A stretch of 64,000 nucleotides of DNA, taken from the NCBI GenBank assembly GCA_964016885.1, contig OZ024741.1, positions 174,902,001 to 174,966,000 of the forward strand, in the 5' to 3' direction. The position numbers and the translations under genes were made by a program. Under the pieces are notes generated by a model, which was not told the DNA's origin, ran no database searches, and was given only the letters and a program-made list of their open reading frames with translations. The DNA is from Eledone cirrhosa. Its lineage: Eukaryota. Below are positions 58,024-64,000 of this stretch, in pieces; the stretch's first letter is position 1; each line of letters begins with the position of its first letter.

Positions 58024-61000
58024 TGTGCATGTCTCCAGGTCTATGTTGGTTTTTATTTCTCATAACTTACCAGTTCAACTAAAAAGAGATGAATAAAATA
58101 ACTACTAGAGTTGATATAATTGACTGAATTGACTGAATCACGGCAATGATCCAGCATGACCGCAGTCTAATGACTGAAAAGAATAGAAAGCTACTACTTT
58201 GTATCATTTCATTGTAAAGCTATTTAGTATGTAGTAGTTAAAAAGTCTTGATCTAACCTGATTATCAAGGGAGGAGGAGGAGTATTTCATTTGTGGAACC
58301 TGTTTAACAACTATCAGTGGTGTATGCCGGATGTTACTGGCTGTGCTACTATGTTGAACCTAATATTCAGAGATTAGGCAATCATTAGAATGTTGGATAG
58401 AATGCATTGTGGTATTTGTCCCAGCTTTCTGCACTCTGAGTTCAAATCCTGCCGAAGTTGATAAAAATACCTGTCTAATACTGGGGTTAATTTTTCTATA
58501 ATTCTTTCTCATTTTCTTTCTACTCTATATTGTTTCAGTTCAATCACCAACCACTTTACAGAATGAACTGGGTGCAATTTATTGTGGTATCAACACAAGA
58601 GAGGTTATCAAGTCCTTCACAAGGCCAAAGAGTTCTCTTTAACCCATGTATTCTTTAATATAAATAAGTTCTCTCTTTAAAACAATTCTTGTTTCAATTA
58701 AATCTTATGAAAATCAGAGTGATAGGGATTGTCCATAAAATATAGAAATGGGTTCTGCAATTGTTCGTGAATCATTTAAAGATTCTGTAACAAAATAAGT
58801 TTGGGAATAACTGTTCTACACTATATAAGTTTGGGAATAACTGCTCTACACTATATAAGTTTGGGAATAACTGTTCTACACTATATAAGTTTGGGAATAA
58901 CTGTTCTACACTATATAAGTTTGGGAATAACTGCTCTACACTATATAAGTTTGGGAATAACTGCTCTACACTATATAAGTTTGGGAATAACTGCTCTACA
59001 CTATATAAGTTTGGGAATAACTGTTCTACACTATATAAGTTTGGGAATAACTGTTCTACACTATATAAGTTTGGGAATAACTGCTCTACACTATATAAGT
59101 TTGGGAATAACTGTTCTACACTATATAAGTTTGGGAATAACTGCTCTACACTATATAAGTTTGGGAATAACTGTTCTACACTATATAAGTTTGGGAATAA
59201 CTGTTCTACACTATATAAGTTTGGGAATAACTGCTCTACACTATATAAGTTTGGGAATAACTGTTCTACACTATATAAGTTTGGGAATAACTGTTCTACA
59301 CTATATAAGTTTGGGAATAACTGCTCTACACTATATAAGTTTGGGAATAACTGTTCTACACTATATAAGTTTGGGAATAACTGTTCTACACTATATAAGT
59401 TTGGGAATAACTGCTCTACACTATACAAGTTTGGGAATAACTGTTCTACACTATATACGTTTGGGAATAACTGCTCTACACTATATAAGATTGGGAATAA
59501 CTGCTCTACACATAACATATGATATGTATGGCATAGTGGTTAGGATGCTAGTTTCATGCAATTTCAAGGTCATGAGTGATTCCCTGACTGGGCAGCATGT
59601 TGTGTCCTTGAGAAAGGCACTTTATTTCATGTTGCTTCAGTCAACTCAGCCTTATCACACATTGTGTCAAGATGAATACCCCTGTTATGGATGCAAACGT
59701 CTGTGGAATGTTGAGCTCACAAGCAGGCAGTTCGATTGATTGAATCAACTGGAGCAATTGCCATCAGAAATGACAGGTGTCCAACAACAATATGCATATA
59801 TTATGCAAATATATTTACCTTTAATGCTGGTACAATGACATCATGCCAGAAAGGTAGAGCTCTGGCAACTGTATCTTCAAGACATTCCCGTTTAGGAATG
59901 ACCTTTTTATCAAGGTGCTAAAAATATAAAACAAAAACAATTTATATATATATAGTTGTTGTTAAACACATCAACATAAAATCAACTATTGTTACTTTTT
60001 AGAGAAAGAAAGAGTAGACAAGTTAATAGACGATGTTAGCTTTAATTAGTAGTAACATGATGAAATATCTGGCAACATTAAGATGATATATCTAGTAGCA
60101 TTATGATATAATATCTAGCAACATTATAATATAATATCTAGCAACATTATGATATAATATCTAGTAGCATTATGATATAACATCTAGTAACATTATGATA
60201 TAATATCTGGCAACATTATGATATAATATCTGGCAACATTATGTTATAATATCTAGCAACATTATGATACAATATCGAGTAGCATTGTAATATAATATCT
60301 AGCAACATTATGCTATAATATCTAGCAAAATTATGATATAATATCTAGCAACATTATGCTATAATATCTAGCAACATTATGCTATAATATCTAGCAACAT
60401 TATGCTATAATATCTAACAACATTATGATATAATATCTAGCAACATTATGATATAATATCTAGCAACATTATGCTATAATATCTAGCAACATTATGATAT
60501 AATATCTGGCAACACTATGCTATAATATCTAGCAACATTATGATATAATATCTAGCAACATTATGATATATCTAGCAACATTATGCTATAATATCTAGCA
60601 ACATTATGCTATAATATCTAGCAACATTATGATATAATATCTAGCAACATTATGATATAATATCTAGTAGCATTATGCTATAATATCTAGCAACATTATG
60701 ATATAATATCTAGCAACATTATGATATAATATCTAGCAACATTATGATATAATATCTAGCAACATTATGATATAATATCTAGCAACATTATGATATAATA
60801 TCTAGCAACATTATGATATAATATCTAGCAACATTATGATATAATATCTAGCAACATTATGATATAATATCTAGCAACATTATGTTATAATATCTAGCAA
60901 CATTATCATATAATATCTAGCAACATTATGCTATAATGTCTAGCAACATTATGTTATAATGTCTAGCAACATTATGTTATAATATCTAGCAACATTATCA

Positions 61001-62623
61001 TATAATATCTGGCAACATTATGATATAATATCTAGCAACATTATGCTATAATGTCTAGTAACATTATGCTATAATGTCTAGCAACATTATGATATAATAT
61101 CTAGCAACATTATGCTATAATATCTAGCAACATTATGATATAATATCTAGCAACATTATGATATAATATCTAGCAACATTATGTTATAATATCTAGCAAC
61201 ATTATCATATAATATCTGGCAACATTATGATATAATATCTAGCAACATTATGCTATAATGTCTAGTAACATTATGCTATAATGTCTAGCAACATTATGAT
61301 ATAATATCTAGCAACATTATGCTATAATATCTAGCAACATTATGATATAATATCTAGCAACATTAGGATATAATATCTAGCAACATTATGCTATAATATC
61401 TAGCAACATTATGATATAATATCTAGCAACATTATGATATAATATCTAGCAACATTATGTTATAATATCTAGCAACATTATCATATAATATCTGGCAACG
61501 TTATCATATAATATCTGGCAACGTTATCATATAATATCTGGCAACGTTATGTTATAATATCTAGCAAAATTATGCTATAATATCTAGCAACATTATGATA
61601 TAATATCTAGCAACATTATGCTATAATATCTAGCAACATTATGATATAATATCTAGCAACATTATGCTATAATATCTAGCAACATTATGATATAATATCT
61701 AGCAACATTATGCTATAATATCTAGCAACATTATGATATAATATCTAGCAACATTAGGATATAATATCTAGCAACATTATGCTATAATATCTAGCAACAT
61801 TATGATATAATATCTAGCAACATTATGATATAATATCTAGCAACATTATGTTATAATATCTAGCAACATTATCATATAATATCTGGCAACGTTATGTTAT
61901 AATATCTAGCAACATTATGCTATAATATCTAGCAACATTATGATATAATATCTAGCAACATTATGATATAATATCTAGCAACATTATGATATAATATCTA
62001 GCAACATTATGCTATAATGTCTAGCAACATTATGATATAATATCTAGCAACATTATGATATAATATCTAGCAACATTATGCTATAATATCTAGCAACATT
62101 ATGCTATAATATCTAGCAACATTATGCTATAATATCTAGCAACATTATGATATAATATCTAGCAACATTAGGATATAATATCTAGCAACATTAGGATATA
62201 ATATCTAGCAACGTTATGTTATAATATCTAGCAACATTATCATATAATATCTGGGCGGTGGATTGGCAGTATCGGTAGAGGGTCGGACGCCATGCTTTCC
62301 AGCATAGTTACGTCCCTTTACGATCTGAGTTCAAATCCCGCCAAGGTTGACTTTGCCTTTCATCCTTACGGGGGTCGATAAAATAAAGTACCAGTAATGC
62401 ACTGGGTAATTGCTGGCCTTGTGCCTAAAGTAGAAACAATTATCATATAATATCTAATAGCAATACTACTAGTAAATATATGCGATCTACTAGTATTATG
62501 ATGAAATATCTAGCAGCAATATTATATCTAGTTACTTACAGAATAAGCTGGTTGGTTGCTAGCACAACGAGGATCACCTTCTTCAAGAGTTGGTGGAGGA
62601 ATATTGTAAGATCGTCTCCAAAT
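52757..62623 (-). CDS. PGAM: Cofactor-dependent phosphoglycerate mutase (dPGM/PGAM), 3' four coding exons; 5' exons presumably beyond the window
   Basis: Joined exons read [11 protein letters not shown]...[14 protein letters not shown]...[17 protein letters not shown]...[14 protein letters not shown]...VASQGKAK*, hallmark dPGM motifs. Confidence 0.96.
54163..54289. mobile_element. hAT-type MITE, 127 bp
   Basis: Inverted termini caggcatgtc / gacatgcctt; 8-bp TSD ctctaaac at 54155-54162 and 54290-54297. Confidence 0.85.
56880..56988 (-). CDS. PGAM: PGAM exon ([36 protein letters not shown])
   Basis: atttag / gtatac on - strand; catalytic AHGNSLR motif. Confidence 0.96.
57841..57966. repeat. 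126-bp loop-less imperfect palindrome adjoining (TA)n
   Basis: Arms 57841-57903 and 57904-57966 are reverse complements at 55 of 63 positions, centred on acgcgt. Confidence 0.93.
58795..59511. repeat. 30-bp minisatellite, 24 copies, in a PGAM intron
   Basis: Unit ttgggaataactg(t/c)tctacactatataagt repeated without spacers. Confidence 0.98.
59819..59917 (-). CDS. PGAM: PGAM exon ([33 protein letters not shown])
   Basis: ttttag / gtaaat on - strand; E.L.DT.AR.LPFW motif. Confidence 0.94.
60060..62252. repeat. 22-bp AT-rich minisatellite, about 100 copies, in a PGAM intron
   Basis: Unit tatctagcaacattatg(a/c/t)tataa; degenerate at its edges. Confidence 0.98.
62254..62443 (+). mobile_element. 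tRNA-derived SINE of about 190 bp, young family; other copies at about 527-720, 3634-3825, 8490-8678(-), 13135-13320, 18909-19093(-), 37118-37310, 46337-46522(-), 63296-63487
   Basis: A box tggcagtatcggt, B box gagttcaaatcc, conserved core gcctttcatcctt..gggtcgataaaataaagtaccag, 3' end aaagtagaaacaattat. Confidence 0.9.
62540..62623 (-). CDS. PGAM: PGAM exon ([28 protein letters not shown])
   Basis: tttcag / gtaagt on - strand; WRRSY..PPP motif. Confidence 0.94.
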
Positions 62624-62699
62624 CTGAAATAAAAAAAAGCTCTCATAATCTTCTATATTACTTTTACTGGTTCCAGTCATAATATAGTGGCCATGCTGG

Positions 62700-63190
62700 G
62701 GTACCATCTTAAAGGCAGTAATACAGAAGACCCGCCTTCCCATGATTACAGGCTGAAGCATACGTAAAGTATTCACCTCAAGCCCCTCCCCCCACCTCCC
62801 ACGAGCACATGCTGAAGCATACATCTGGTATGCACCACCTTCACCTTCATCCCCACTTCCACACACCTAACAATCTGCCCCTCACACGTGCCCATATATT
62901 CACTCTCTAACCAAAACCCCCAGACTACACTGTAAAGTGGTCATGATGGCGACACGACAAAAAGCACCCGGCCCACACTGTAAAGTGGTTGCGTAGGTGT
63001 CACAACAAAAAGAACCCAGTACTCATTGTAAATATGGTTGGAGTTAGGAAGGGCATCCAGCCATAGAAATCAAACCAGAAATAGTCCTGTACGAGCAAGA
63101 CATGGTCATCTGACCTTGACATGCCTTAAATAGGACAACTCGTTTAACCCATGCTAGTGTGGAAAGTGGACGTTAAACGGTGATGATGAT
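62700..63190 (+). mobile_element. 5'-truncated RTE 3'-UTR copy; related copies at about 20515-20910(+), 21185-21510(-), 35240-35560(+), 42066-42124(+), 54820-55100(-)
   Basis: Shared acactgtaaagtgg blocks, ggttgg.gttaggaagggcatccagc, aacccatgctag..tggaa..ggacgttaaac and (GAT)n tail. Confidence 0.8.
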
Positions 63191-63767
63191 ATCAACTCTG
63201 GTACTTAATTTTTCAAGTATGGTACTTCTTTTATCAATCCCTTTTTGTTGAGTTGGTATGTTACAGTCTATTAACACACATACTATATATATATTAGGCG
63301 GTGGATTGGCAGTATTGGTAGAGGGTTGTACGCCATGCTTTGACGCATAGAGTTATGGCCCTTGCCATTCTGAGTTCAAATCCCGCCAAGGTTAACTTTG
63401 CCTTTCATCCTTATGGGGTCGATAAAATAAAGTACCAGTAATGCACTGGGTAATTGCTGGCCTTGTGCCAAAAGTAGAAACAATTATATATTTATATGAT
63501 GGGCTTCTGCATTTTCCATGTACCATATTTCACTCACAAGGCATTGATCAGCCTGAGGCTATAGTAGAATGTACTTGCCCTTGGTGCTGCAGAGTGGGAC
63601 TGAACCTGAAACCATGTGACTGTGAAGTGAATTCCTTCATCACACAGACAATTAAGCCATTATATTCATGTTTCTAACTGAAAATCACTGCTTATTGTAT
63701 TCCAGTATTTTATTTCTTTAATAAATGTCAAATCAAAAGATAAGTGGGGAGACCTAAGATATACTAC

Positions 63768-64000
63768 TCTTCCCACATCTGGGAGAGTGTTGTTACAACA
63801 CACACACAAAGACATCTTAGGCACATAATAGAGTATTGCTCCCACATCTGAGACAGTGTTGCTACACACAGACATCGTAGACACACAATACAGTGCTATT
63901 CTCACACTAGGGACAGTGTTGCTACACACACATAGGCATCTTCAAGCCACAATAGAGTATTGCTCCCATATTTGGTAAAGTGATGCTACACATACAAACA
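63768..64000. repeat. Degenerate ~60-66-bp tandem repeat running off the window end
   Basis: Recurrent cccacatctg.gacagtgttgctacacaca..gacatc.tag.cacataatagagtattgct. Confidence 0.75.

Noticed and set aside
57680-58082. Two opposite-strand ORFs with near-identical peptides
   Set aside because: A consequence of the 126-bp palindrome plus the (TA)n run; not protein-coding evidence.
58772-59739. 248-aa and 312-aa ORFs, and a CRISPR-like appearance of the 30-bp array
   Set aside because: Units are contiguous with no unique spacers and there are no cas genes. The ORFs are stop-free frames of an intronic minisatellite.
62254-62345. tRNA gene call for SINE heads
   Set aside because: A and B boxes are present but there is no intact cloverleaf, and the head is always followed by the SINE core and tail.
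52757-62623. Bacterial contamination or recent horizontal transfer of gpmA
   Set aside because: The gene has canonical spliceosomal introns filled with host repeats, and from recall similar dPGMs occur in other lophotrochozoans.

Overview
AT-rich, intron-rich animal genomic DNA. The SINE/LINE content and the PGAM type suggest a lophotrochozoan, probably an octopod cephalopod; this is an inference, not a database match. The + strand carries almost all of an MMS19 gene (cytosolic Fe-S assembly HEAT-repeat scaffold). I traced 25 GT-AG coding exons from 1950 to the TGA at 51264-51266 in one continuous frame (2990 nt); the ATG exon was not found and probably lies upstream. The - strand carries the last four coding exons of a cofactor-dependent phosphoglycerate mutase (dPGM/PGAM), convergent with MMS19, with the two stop codons about 1.5 kb apart. 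Introns are filled with RTE-clade LINE copies (some encoding a PHD finger), an R4/Dong-like LINE relic, tRNA-derived SINEs, piggyBac-, hAT- and Tc2-like MITEs, palindromes and several minisatellites. The most unusual items are: a minisatellite built from an MMS19 splice acceptor plus exon head; twin inverted RTE derivatives sharing a duplicated 5' boundary; a 126-bp fold-back in a PGAM intron; and an MMS19-PGAM linkage that recalls human 10q24. There is no CRISPR array or prokaryotic system, and I cannot claim a new multi-gene system from this sequence alone.
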